From the IMG/VR virus record IMGVR_UViG_3300026484_000157, positions 32,001-96,000 of that record: DNA of 64,000 nucleotides; one strand, written 5' to 3'. Within the stretch, counting starts at the first letter, position 1. Each line of letters opens with the position of its first letter. Shown here piece after piece: positions 21,257-30,767 of the stretch. The notes beneath the pieces are model-generated. The model searched no databases. It was not told the DNA's origin and saw only the letters and a list, made by a program, of their open reading frames with translations. Both the position numbers and the translations under genes were made by a program. Source of the DNA: a virus.

Positions 21257-22173
21257 TGGCAACATATGCAGAATTAGCCCAAATGCAACAAGCTATGGAA
21301 GATTTACAGAAATCTGGTGGATTCGCTACCATAAAGGAAATGATACAGGAAGAGCTTACTGCAAACCCATCATTAACTGTTAGTGACAAAAATCCAACAA
21401 TAACAAGTAATCCTACTTCAAAAGAGAAACCACGATATTGGGTTAACACTTCAACTGGAGAATACTTTGTACAAACTGATGATACGAAAGATTTGAATAA
21501 ATGGATTGGACAATTAGGAACAGTAATTGAGCCAACATTTACAATTCAAGATATAAATCCATCCAAATTGGAATTTCATTTTAACATGAATAAAGTTCCG
21601 AGCCAAAAAATATTAGATACAACTAGTAAATACTATGGTTATGTTAAGAATGGATATATAAGAAGAGGAATTGAGGGTAGAGCATTATTCTTCAAAAGAA
21701 ACGGATCAATGACAATTCAAGGATCTAATAATCTACCTCTAAATAAAGAATTAACAATATCTTATTGGGTACTTCCTTTAACATTCCATGGCAGACAAAA
21801 CCATTTACAAAAAGATTATGGATCAGAGTTCGCTATAACTCAAGAACAAAATGGATCAGTTTCGTTTTATCATGGTGACACACATTCGACATACAATGGG
21901 TTTCATACTGATCTAAAACTAGACAAAGTAAAATGGAATCATATACTGATAAAACGAAAGGATCTAAATGAGGTAGAAATCAAAATCAATGGAGTTGTGG
22001 CAAATATATCATTTGAAACTCATGATCCTAAAGAGATCGATTTGTCTAACGAAAATATCATAGTTGGTAATGGTTATGCAGGTGGATATTATGGTTACAT
22101 AGATGACCTATTTTTATTTTCAAGAATAACCACTGATCAAGAAGATCATATATTATATAATAGGAGAAAATAA
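21256..22173 (+). CDS. LamG/concanavalin A-like domain protein (putative adhesin)
   Basis: GRALFF, TISYWV, KWNHILI, GYIDDLFLFSR LamG signature. Confidence 0.75.
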   Translation: MATYAELAQMQQAMEDLQKSGGFATIKEMIQEELTANPSLTVSDKNPTITSNPTSKEKPRYWVNTSTGEYFVQTDDTKDLNKWIGQLGTVIEPTFTIQDINPSKLEFHFNMNKVPSQKILDTTSKYYGYVKNGYIRRGIEGRALFFKRNGSMTIQGSNNLPLNKELTISYWVLPLTFHGRQNHLQKDYGSEFAITQEQNGSVSFYHGDTHSTYNGFHTDLKLDKVKWNHILIKRKDLNEVEIKINGVVANISFETHDPKEIDLSNENIIVGNGYAGGYYGYIDDLFLFSRITTDQEDHILYNRRK

Positions 22174-22763
22174 TGCTTATAAGATATTTCCCAGAACTAT
22201 TAATGGTACAATATGAACCAAATAGAGAAGAAGACACAACTGCCAAACCATTTATTCCAACATTTACGGTTGAGGATATAGCAGTTGATGACGAACATGC
22301 CTATGCTAAAGTCTTTGGTAACATTGACGATTTTAAATCTATGAATGCAGATTATGAGGAAATTGACTCAATCCCAGACTCAACTACCTACCTGACTGAT
22401 CCAAAGTTTGGATTACCTTCTGATATGAACACATTCTTCAAACTAAGAACAAGAGAAAGAATAACATCAGAAGTAGGTGATGAATGGGATTTGATTGCAG
22501 ATATATCAAAAAGATTAACTATGTCTGAGAGATTAATCACTTTATTGGCTCTTGAACTTATAAATAACTTGCCTGATCAAGTACCAGAAACTAAGAATAA
22601 ATATCAAGCACTATTGGAACAATATAGAATGGTACTGCTTAATTCTCAAGAATTAGACATAGCCGATCTAGAAAACCCAATTCAACTGTTTTCGAAATTA
22701 CTAGATAGATCGATCAAGATTACTAATATAGTAAAAGAAGATTATTTAAAATTCAAGGAATAA
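22173..22763 (+). CDS. Hypothetical protein (possible fibre chaperone)
   Basis: 196 aa, TAATG-coupled to LamG gene; GDEWDLIADISKR. Confidence 0.45.
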   Translation: MLIRYFPELLMVQYEPNREEDTTAKPFIPTFTVEDIAVDDEHAYAKVFGNIDDFKSMNADYEEIDSIPDSTTYLTDPKFGLPSDMNTFFKLRTRERITSEVGDEWDLIADISKRLTMSERLITLLALELINNLPDQVPETKNKYQALLEQYRMVLLNSQELDIADLENPIQLFSKLLDRSIKITNIVKEDYLKFKE

Positions 22764-22767
22764 ACTC

Positions 22768-23226
22768 ATGTACACATTTGGAACAAGATCAAAAAAACAA
22801 TATAACACACTTCATCCTGATTTACAGCTAATTTTAGATGAATCAATCAAGATTTATGATTATTCTATTCTTCAAGGACTAAGAACAGAAGCTGAACAAA
22901 AAGAGATGTTTAAGACTGGTCGCTCAAAATTAGATGGTGTGACAAGAAAAAGTAAGCATCAAGGTGTGGAACACAATGGCAAGACTGTCTCAATGGCTGT
23001 AGATTTGATGCCTTATAAAAGAGGAACTAATGCTTTCAGTGGCAGAATAAAAGACAAGAATCGATTTTATTTCATGATGGGTATAATGAGATCGATTAGT
23101 GAGAGATTACTGGCAGAAGGTAAGATTACTCATAGATTAAGATTTGGTCTAGACTGGGACGGTGATGACATTTTTGAAGATCAATCATTTGATGATCTAC
23201 CACATATGGAATTAATAAAGGCATAA
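22768..23226 (+). CDS. Endolysin, M15 family L-Ala-D-Glu peptidase
   Basis: GLRTEAEQ, SKH...AVDL, DWD...DLPHME zinc-peptidase motifs. Confidence 0.9.
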   Translation: MYTFGTRSKKQYNTLHPDLQLILDESIKIYDYSILQGLRTEAEQKEMFKTGRSKLDGVTRKSKHQGVEHNGKTVSMAVDLMPYKRGTNAFSGRIKDKNRFYFMMGIMRSISERLLAEGKITHRLRFGLDWDGDDIFEDQSFDDLPHMELIKA

Positions 23227-23227
23227 T

Positions 23228-23758
23228 ATGTTAGATAAAGAAACACTTCCTGATACTATGACTCTACAAAAGCACAATGCACAATTTGTTGTGTTAGATA
23301 AAGATAGATTAATTGAATTATTAAAGGGTTCAAATAATGTTGCAGATGCTATCGATCGCATTGATAAGATATTAGTACCAGTTACAAAATTCAGAGATGG
23401 TCTTACTACAAAAGAAGATAAGACCAATTTAGATTATTTAGTTTCAAATGCATCAGATAAAATGTATGTATATAGTACTGAAGCTACAGGAATACAATAT
23501 CCAATCACTAAAATAAAGGTTAATACGAAAGAAGGTATTAAATTAGATATTAATGGAGATGAAGCAACTATATCAATAGAAGATTATCTAAGAAAAATAA
23601 TAACTGAAAATGGTGTGATAACTATAAACGATACTAATAAGGTAACTATTACTGATACAGATACTGTGAAGGCGATAGTTAGTGATGATGGATCATTAAG
23701 TTTTGATGCATCTGATTTAGAAAAGAGGGCATTTGAATACTCTCTCATTTTTAGTTAG
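23228..23758 (+). CDS. Hypothetical structural protein
   Basis: 176 aa ORF tiling the operon. Confidence 0.5.
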   Translation: MLDKETLPDTMTLQKHNAQFVVLDKDRLIELLKGSNNVADAIDRIDKILVPVTKFRDGLTTKEDKTNLDYLVSNASDKMYVYSTEATGIQYPITKIKVNTKEGIKLDINGDEATISIEDYLRKIITENGVITINDTNKVTITDTDTVKAIVSDDGSLSFDASDLEKRAFEYSLIFS

Positions 23759-23766
23759 GAAAAATT

Positions 23767-24078
23767 ATGGCATTGAAAAATTATACTAAAATAACAGAGT
23801 CACCAAATGAAGAATTTAAAATAATAGAGAATGCAAAATCTTGCATTGCAATCAATATGATAATTCATAATGGAAATACAACAGCAAATCCAATTATAAA
23901 AGTTGCTCTCACTGATGCAAAAGGAGATACTAAGTGTATTCTAATAAATCAGAATATTGATGCAAAAGAGACAATATTCCTAGAAAATTTCAAATTATTC
24001 TTGAATGATGGGGAAAATCTAACGGTTTCATCATCTATATCAAACATTCACTTCTTGGTTTCTTGCAAGGAAGAATAA
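23767..24078 (+). CDS. Hypothetical small beta-sandwich structural protein
   Basis: 103 aa; KLFLNDGENLTV resembles the N-domain of the 16406 protein. Confidence 0.5.
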   Translation: MALKNYTKITESPNEEFKIIENAKSCIAINMIIHNGNTTANPIIKVALTDAKGDTKCILINQNIDAKETIFLENFKLFLNDGENLTVSSSISNIHFLVSCKEE

Positions 24079-24284
24079 TGATAAAATTATCAACTAGAAC
24101 TAAATCAATATCACTAAAAAACATAGATAGTCAAAATATAACAGTAGTTTCATCAGGTGTAGCTCACTTTGATGAAACTATGGAGACTACAACTGAAAAT
24201 TTATCAAAACCTACAATCCAATTAAATAACAAAATACTTCAAATCTTAAACTTCCTACAAAAATCTGGTTTCAACTTAAAATAG
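24078..24284 (+). CDS. Hypothetical protein
   Basis: TAATG-coupled start at 24078 with SD AAGGA. Confidence 0.45.
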   Translation: MIKLSTRTKSISLKNIDSQNITVVSSGVAHFDETMETTTENLSKPTIQLNNKILQILNFLQKSGFNLK

Positions 24285-24374
24285 TGTTTTTATTGTAGCC
24301 AGACCACAGGATTATCCTAGTACGATGGCAACTAATAGAGTTGCAAAACCAAAAATTATATAAAGGAGCCACCC

Positions 24375-25493
24375 ATGGCAACAATCGAAGAATTAGAAAC
24401 AGTACACACTGAGGAGTTATCGCCAATAACAGTTGTTAGTGCAGGAGATATCGTAGCACCAGCACCGCTTGATATCAGTAATGTAGATGTTACAAGTAAA
24501 TTTACTGCAAAAACAGTTAATGCAGGAGCAATCTCAGCATTTAGTTTAGCTACTCCAGATGAAGTTACTTATGATAAAATTTCTACTGATGAAGAAGTTA
24601 CAAATGAAACACTTAACAGAACTGCTGAAACTTTGGCACAATCAGTTAATGAGAAACTTGGTGCATGGTCAGGTGTAGTATCTACATCAGTTAACGGTTT
24701 AAGAGATGAGACAGATTCTGCAATTACTACATTAGTTGGTAATATCAATGCACAATTAACTCAATTAAAAGCTGAAGGTGATTCACAAGTTGAAGATATT
24801 AATGTACAAATTGATGCATTAATTGACGACATGAACAGCCAAATGCAAGTCATCAGAGTTAAAAATGGTGAGCAATCAGCATTAACAGCAGCAAAACTGA
24901 ATGAAGTATCTGGTCAACTTTCTGTTAATATTGAAAAAGTTAAAAACATAGCAGATAATGCACAATTAAAAATTGCAGCACTAGATGATGTTTACAAAAC
25001 TGATGCTGAAGCAGCAGCAAGAATTCAAGCAGTAAATGATCTTATCACATCTCTTAATGGTGCAGATCTGGACTTCATCCAAGCGGTTGATGGTGCGATT
25101 GATGAGCTTAATGCAATCAGCAGAATACAAGCTAAATCAGTTGTTATGAATTCATCAACTGGTGTTTATAACTTCAACACAGCAAATGAAGGTTTCGGTG
25201 AGTTCTTAGCAGCAACTGATTATGAAGTTTCTGTAGAAGTTATTGACAATGACAGAGTTGAATCAACAGTTGTAAACAAAACTGAAAATGGATTTGACAT
25301 TAGTTGTATCTCAAAAGGTGTTCATTTTAGACCACAACCACATGATGGATCAGTTACTCCAGTAACATTATCAGTTACTTTAGTATACCACAAGAGAAAC
25401 CCATTAACATTTAATGTTGATACACTTAACACTTCTTTTGTAACAGATGGTGCAGGTACTGATGAAAATACAGTAGGTGCTGAAGAAGAATAG
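24375..25493 (+). CDS. Putative abundant virion fibre/decoration protein
   Basis: 372 aa, SD AAGGAG, acidic and Ala-rich, long coiled coil, flanked by structured intergenic regions. Confidence 0.5.
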   Translation: MATIEELETVHTEELSPITVVSAGDIVAPAPLDISNVDVTSKFTAKTVNAGAISAFSLATPDEVTYDKISTDEEVTNETLNRTAETLAQSVNEKLGAWSGVVSTSVNGLRDETDSAITTLVGNINAQLTQLKAEGDSQVEDINVQIDALIDDMNSQMQVIRVKNGEQSALTAAKLNEVSGQLSVNIEKVKNIADNAQLKIAALDDVYKTDAEAAARIQAVNDLITSLNGADLDFIQAVDGAIDELNAISRIQAKSVVMNSSTGVYNFNTANEGFGEFLAATDYEVSVEVIDNDRVESTVVNKTENGFDISCISKGVHFRPQPHDGSVTPVTLSVTLVYHKRNPLTFNVDTLNTSFVTDGAGTDENTVGAEEE

Positions 25494-25532
25494 CATAATT
25501 TAATATCTACCTCTTCGGTAGATATTATGCTA
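25491..25532 (+). terminator. Stem-loop (terminator or stabiliser)
   Basis: TAATATCTACC-tcttc-GGTAGATATTA 11-bp stem plus outer TAGCA/TGCTA; weak U-tract. Confidence 0.55.
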
Positions 25533-25560
25533 TTCAATTCAAATAAAAGGAGAAGTAAAC

Positions 25561-26997
25561 ATGGCAATTAAAAATTATGATCAAGCCGTATCAGATGGAG
25601 ATATCTGGGTATGGGAAGCTAATGATATTGCTTCGAATAGTAGATTCAATCAAAATGTAAAATTTGCGACTGATCAACTTAATGAATTTAAAGAATTAGC
25701 AACTACTCAATTTGGGCTAGTTAAAGCTGATGTTACTGCAAACTTAACTAAAATAGAAGGACTCATCAGTAATGTTACTGAGAATCTATCTAAAATAGAG
25801 ACTAAAGTTGCGATAGAAGACTTTAATAATACAATTACTGCTATTAATAACAGTGTTACGGAGATTGTTAAAACTATCAATAATTTAGATTCTGTTTATC
25901 AAACAGATTCGGAAGCAGCAGACACTATAAATTCAGTGAATGAAGCATGGTTAAATGCTGATGGGTCACTTAGTGAAACATTAACAGCATTAGTAAACGA
26001 CAGATATAATAAATCTGAAATTGATGATAAATTGGCTATAAAAGCTAACATCTCAAATGTTTATGATAAAACAACTATGGTTGGTAAACTTTCTGCAAAA
26101 TTAGATGTAGTTGGTGGAGAAATCAAAGGTAGCATAACACCTGATGAAACTAACAGTTATGACTTAGGTAATGACAGTAAAATGTTTAAATCGGTCAATG
26201 CTATTACAGTTAATACAACAACAGTTAATGCAACGACAGTTAATGCTGAAAATCTTTATGATAAGGATGCTACAGATGACATTGCTACTGCTCTTGATAA
26301 TAAAAAAGAAGATAAAGGTGTATCTTATAAAAAAGAAGACACTGATAGGTTAATTTCGGATCTAGATGATCGAAAAGCTAATAAATCTGATATTTATACA
26401 TCTGCAGAAATAGATTCTAAAATGGCAACATCAGCTTATGGTATCAAATACAAATGGGCAGATGCCGATGCAAGAGATAATCAAGCAGGTATGAAACAAG
26501 ATGAGCAAGGTGTTCAATCTGACACTAGAACAGTTTATAAATATAATGATGGTGCTTGGGAAGAATTCTATAAATTAGATGGTGTCCACAATCATGATGA
26601 TAAATATTATACTAAACCTCAATCTGATTCATTGTTAGATGGGAAAGCCGATAAATCAAAAACATTCACTAAAACTGAAGTTACTGATAAATTAGGTAGT
26701 AAAGTTGATAAAATATCTGGTAAAGGTCTTTCTACTAACGATTTTACTGATGAACACAAAACAGCATTAGATGACTGGATTAATGGTGATACAAATTTCG
26801 ATTTAACACCTGCAACAGTTGACAAACTCGGTGGTGTTAAGCCTGATGGTGCAGTTTCTACACAAGCAGATGAGAATGGTGTTATTAGTGTTACAGGTTA
26901 CAATGACTTAATTGACAATGTAGCTAAGTTAACAAGTATAGTAGCAACTCAAAATGCAACAATTTCAAAACTATGTACAAGTGTATTTAGTGACTAA
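25561..26997 (+). CDS. Tail fibre-like repeat protein
   Basis: Repeated Y-x-K-x-E-x-D...L..KA units, HNHDDKYYTK, KVDKISGKGLSTNDFT, PATVDKLGGVK fibre motifs. Confidence 0.7.
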   Translation: MAIKNYDQAVSDGDIWVWEANDIASNSRFNQNVKFATDQLNEFKELATTQFGLVKADVTANLTKIEGLISNVTENLSKIETKVAIEDFNNTITAINNSVTEIVKTINNLDSVYQTDSEAADTINSVNEAWLNADGSLSETLTALVNDRYNKSEIDDKLAIKANISNVYDKTTMVGKLSAKLDVVGGEIKGSITPDETNSYDLGNDSKMFKSVNAITVNTTTVNATTVNAENLYDKDATDDIATALDNKKEDKGVSYKKEDTDRLISDLDDRKANKSDIYTSAEIDSKMATSAYGIKYKWADADARDNQAGMKQDEQGVQSDTRTVYKYNDGAWEEFYKLDGVHNHDDKYYTKPQSDSLLDGKADKSKTFTKTEVTDKLGSKVDKISGKGLSTNDFTDEHKTALDDWINGDTNFDLTPATVDKLGGVKPDGAVSTQADENGVISVTGYNDLIDNVAKLTSIVATQNATISKLCTSVFSD

Positions 26998-27014
26998 TTA
27001 AGGATGGTAAGGTA

Positions 27015-27566
27015 ATGATATACGGTAAAGGTAGATATCAAAAGACTAGAAAAGATCTAATAAATCATAAAGTGGTTAATACTAAGGTAGAAACTAGAGC
27101 CGTAGAGTCATTATCTCCAACCCAATTAGATAGTTCAGGTAAATTATTATTAAGTATAAAATCAAACTGGGATGCTAAAAGAAGTCCTACTCCTTTTGAT
27201 AACTATTCGGATGGATATTCAGAAGGCTCTTTTTGGTTGAATAAGCTAGATGGATCACAATACACTTGTATTGAGACAAATAAGTTTCAAACAAAATGGG
27301 TGTTGATAAATTCTGCTTCAAGTGGAAGAGAAATTAGATCAGAAGCATTAGATGTTATACTTAATAATGAAGATATGATATTTGAAATTAATATTGACAA
27401 AATACCAAAAATTTCATCGGTATTAGAAATTAGAATAATAAACACAGTATCAATCATAAGAGGATGGCAATTAGATTTGGAACAAAGACTAATATATTTG
27501 CCATATAATAAAGAGGTTGAAAAATATATACTAGAAAACAAGGTGGAATTAATTTATGAAACATAA
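27015..27566 (+). CDS. Hypothetical structural protein
   Basis: PTPFDNYSDGYSEGSFWLN...YTC motif seen in fibre proteins. Confidence 0.5.
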   Translation: MIYGKGRYQKTRKDLINHKVVNTKVETRAVESLSPTQLDSSGKLLLSIKSNWDAKRSPTPFDNYSDGYSEGSFWLNKLDGSQYTCIETNKFQTKWVLINSASSGREIRSEALDVILNNEDMIFEINIDKIPKISSVLEIRIINTVSIIRGWQLDLEQRLIYLPYNKEVEKYILENKVELIYET

Positions 27567-27623
27567 TATAACAATTGAAATATTTGTAGATTTTGAAATC
27601 ACAATTGAATTGGTGGTATAATA

Positions 27624-28010
27624 ATGGCATCTTTTAACTATAAAATCAAGGGAAAGATTACAATTTCTCAAGGTGGTGGAATTAAAATTAATCTACCACT
27701 AAAAAACATGGATGGGACTCCATTATTGGCAGATGATCTATTTGGCAAATTCTCAATAAGAAATATAAAGGAGATGGGAAAATTAGATTCTGAAGCATTA
27801 ATATATGGTGCAACTCCAATTGAATATAATGATGACATTAATATGAACAAGGCAATCATTCATTTAGAGCCAGAGAAGACTAAAGATCTAGTACCTTCAA
27901 AGAAACCATATATTTTAACATTTCAAATTTCATCTAAAAATCAACAATTAAGTAGAGAGTTTTATTTTGAACTTTCAGTAACACCAAATGGAATATATTC
28001 CATATACTAA
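27624..28010 (+). CDS. Hypothetical Ig-like/BppU-like protein
   Basis: ISQG...IHLEPEKTKDL...Y pattern. Confidence 0.45.
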   Translation: MASFNYKIKGKITISQGGGIKINLPLKNMDGTPLLADDLFGKFSIRNIKEMGKLDSEALIYGATPIEYNDDINMNKAIIHLEPEKTKDLVPSKKPYILTFQISSKNQQLSREFYFELSVTPNGIYSIY

Positions 28011-28019
28011 GGAGAAAAA

Positions 28020-28613
28020 ATGTACTTACTAAACACAGCAGACTATGTTGAGATGGATACAAAATATCCAGTAGTTTTCAGATTATCTGAAGATGCACTA
28101 GGTCTTAAAAATTGGGGAGCTACTCTATACGATATAGATAGTGGGACAACAACAGTTGTTCAAGATGTTGAATCAGTTGAGGTTGCACCATATGTTGCAG
28201 TTGCTAAACTAGATGGATATCACCCAGCAGGAACTTCAAAATTTAAACTTGACGATGTAGGACAGATAGCAACTGGAAACACTATCAGAATTGCAAATTC
28301 TATATTCAATATATTATCAGTTGAGTCAGAAGATAACTTAATAACTGTAGATAGAAGACTATCAGCAGACTTAAACCCAACAGATGATGATCCAGTTACA
28401 ATTTTACATGCAACTATTCCATCACTAATCGGTGTATATAAAATTTCTGCTTTAGCAACTGAAATTGGTAGATTCATTTTAACTATTAACAATTCTGATA
28501 ATAGTGGTCTTGTTAATCCAATCGATAATGTTATTGAAGTTGTACCTACTCTTGATTCAACTGTTGGGCAAAATGGTAGATTGAATCCAATATCTAATGG
28601 ATCAATAACTTAA
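28020..28613 (+). CDS. Hypothetical structural protein
   Basis: 197 aa, SD AAGGAG, beta-rich. Confidence 0.5.
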   Translation: MYLLNTADYVEMDTKYPVVFRLSEDALGLKNWGATLYDIDSGTTTVVQDVESVEVAPYVAVAKLDGYHPAGTSKFKLDDVGQIATGNTIRIANSIFNILSVESEDNLITVDRRLSADLNPTDDDPVTILHATIPSLIGVYKISALATEIGRFILTINNSDNSGLVNPIDNVIEVVPTLDSTVGQNGRLNPISNGSIT

Positions 28614-28628
28614 TCTAAGGAAAAAATT

Positions 28629-28946
28629 ATGACTGAAGAAAAAATAGAAAAGGGAATCAAAGAATACAACGATTGGTGGGCAAAACACAATTTTGGCACA
28701 AGAGTTAGTTTGTTTACCTTTATACTACTTTTAATAATCGTAGTTTTATATCCATTTCTAGCACCAGCAAAAGAGGTGATAGTAGATGGAGTTACAACAT
28801 TAGTAACTAAAGATATAAAACATTATGACTTAATCCTATCGACTGTAACTAATACAGCATTCTGGGGATTTGCAGTAGTAACTGTTGGTGCAAATACATT
28901 AGTGAAATTAGCTGATGCATGGGCTAAAGTGAAATCGGTAAAATAA
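28629..28946 (+). CDS. Putative holin
   Basis: 105 aa, two hydrophobic segments, basic C-terminus, upstream of spanin pair. Confidence 0.6.
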   Translation: MTEEKIEKGIKEYNDWWAKHNFGTRVSLFTFILLLIIVVLYPFLAPAKEVIVDGVTTLVTKDIKHYDLILSTVTNTAFWGFAVVTVGANTLVKLADAWAKVKSVK

Positions 28947-28947
28947 G

Positions 28948-29256
28948 ATGCAAGTTTTTTCAAGCTTAAAAGCTCTTTTTTATGGATTAATAGCTATCGT
29001 TGGTGCATTTGGTATTTTCAAATACAAAAGAGCTGTAACAACTGCTGAAGAGTCTGAAAAAGAGACTCAAGCAGTAAAACAACAAATGCATGTTCAAGAA
29101 GAAGTGCATAAAGATGAAATAGCTACTGTTAAGATGAAAGAAGATATAGCAGTAACCTCAGCAAAAATTGAAAGAGAAATTGATAATGAAGTTAAGACTA
29201 CTATCGAAAAAATTCAATCAACACCCGATAATGAAGAATATGAGATAAAATTATGA
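28948..29256 (+). CDS. Putative i-spanin (Rz-like)
   Basis: N-terminal TM helix followed by coiled coil; ATGA overlap with lipoprotein gene. Confidence 0.7.
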   Translation: MQVFSSLKALFYGLIAIVGAFGIFKYKRAVTTAEESEKETQAVKQQMHVQEEVHKDEIATVKMKEDIAVTSAKIEREIDNEVKTTIEKIQSTPDNEEYEIKL

Positions 29257-29588
29257 TAAAAATACTACTATCAATACTACTAATACTATCAATATCAGGA
29301 TGTACAACTAAAGTTATTGAGCCAGTTTACATAAAAGCGGAATGCCCTAAACTTAAAATTTATGATAATAATGCAACATTTACTCTTGGTAAGGTTTACA
29401 ATTCTAATGGTAAAATTTGCATAAAAAGTTGGGGTACATGTGTTCCTAAGGACAAAATTATAGAATTAGTGAATTATACTTCTTCATTGAAAGAAACAAT
29501 CTTAAAATATGAAAATCAGATCACTAAGTACAATAATTACAAGGGAACACAGAATGGATTTAGGGAAAATATCAACTCATCTAAATGA
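29253..29588 (+). CDS. Putative o-spanin lipoprotein (Rz1-like)
   Basis: Signal peptide with lipobox ISGC; CP motif. Confidence 0.7.
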   Translation: MIKILLSILLILSISGCTTKVIEPVYIKAECPKLKIYDNNATFTLGKVYNSNGKICIKSWGTCVPKDKIIELVNYTSSLKETILKYENQITKYNNYKGTQNGFRENINSSK

Positions 29589-30033
29589 ACTAAAAGATAA
29601 CTTAATTTATACCGTTCAGTCATCGGAAAACACTAGCGATTTGTCTTCTCGATTGATTGAACTTACAAAAACTGATCCAGATAATGCTGACATTTACCAA
29701 TTAATAGTACTGGTCAACTCAAATCTAGAAACAGATCATAAATCTTTTAAAGCAATCACTATAAAAATCATAAATGACATGATCACTTCAAAATTAACAA
29801 TTTTACAAACATTAGGAACTATGGATACAAGAGTTAAAACATTAGAATCTAAGATAAAAGCCGAGACTAAAGGTGTTAAAGTTCCTTTTGTAGGAAACCT
29901 AAAGCTCAAAGATTTATGGTTATTTGTGGTTTCATTATTCACAATTTTGGTGCTTTCTTACAAAATTGTACCACAAGAGACTGCAAAAGTAATGGAAGGT
30001 ATAACAACCATATCAAAGAAAGGTGGGAAATAA
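29554..30033 (+). CDS. Coiled-coil membrane protein
   Basis: Likely start ATG 29554; helical body and C-terminal TM (LWLFVVSLFTILVLSY). Confidence 0.55.
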   Translation: MDLGKISTHLNELKDNLIYTVQSSENTSDLSSRLIELTKTDPDNADIYQLIVLVNSNLETDHKSFKAITIKIINDMITSKLTILQTLGTMDTRVKTLESKIKAETKGVKVPFVGNLKLKDLWLFVVSLFTILVLSYKIVPQETAKVMEGITTISKKGGK

Positions 30034-30767
30034 TGCTAAATAAACTATTTCGGCTATTTAAATCAAAAAATAAACCAGAAGATTCTATTGAGGAAACTTC
30101 AAGTATAAACTTTAGTAATTATATGTCACCCAAAGATCTTAGACAAAACTATGAGGTATTAGCAAAAATACCTGAATTGGTTATGCCAAAAAATTCAAAG
30201 CCAAATATATTGTTAATGGATGATAACATAGGTACTGTATCTTTTTTAAAAGATGACTTAGAATCATATCATTACCTCGCTCAAAGAATAAGAACTAATA
30301 ATCTATCAGATATGTCAGTTAGATTATATAATGTATATAAAGATCTAACTGATAAAGAGATTAATTTCTTAATGAATTTCGATTTATCAAAATATAATAT
30401 CATTGAGGCAACAGGAGATATGGCAGGTTTCTCTGTTGAAAATGCAATCAAAAATGGGGCACATTTTGATATTGCAGTATTGGATATTATTTTAGGTGGA
30501 TATAAAATATCTAAAAGTGAGAACATAATATATGATGGAATTGATATTTATAAAATGCTCATAGAATCTAACCCAAAAATAATAATCAAATTTTACACTG
30601 GTTGTGTTCTCTCAAAATATAGCTATGAATCAATTAAATTCGACAAAATTTTTGGTGATGATATTAATAATTATGCAATTATTAAAGATGAAGACTTCAA
30701 ATTCAGAAGAAAACAACTATTAAAAATACTAATTAAATCGGAAAAGCTGATAAATGAAAGCAATTAA
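30033..30767 (+). CDS. Response regulator receiver-domain protein without output domain
   Basis: NILLMDDN, FDIAVLDIILG (phospho-Asp), DGIDI, KFYTG, IIK; TAATG-coupled start at 30033. Confidence 0.8.
   Translation: MLNKLFRLFKSKNKPEDSIEETSSINFSNYMSPKDLRQNYEVLAKIPELVMPKNSKPNILLMDDNIGTVSFLKDDLESYHYLAQRIRTNNLSDMSVRLYNVYKDLTDKEINFLMNFDLSKYNIIEATGDMAGFSVENAIKNGAHFDIAVLDIILGGYKISKSENIIYDGIDIYKMLIESNPKIIIKFYTGCVLSKYSYESIKFDKIFGDDINNYAIIKDEDFKFRRKQLLKILIKSEKLINESN

Noticed and set aside
27614-27622. TGGTATAAT extended -10 promoter
   Set aside because: It lies immediately before the ATG at 27624 and overlaps the likely SD, so it could not serve that gene
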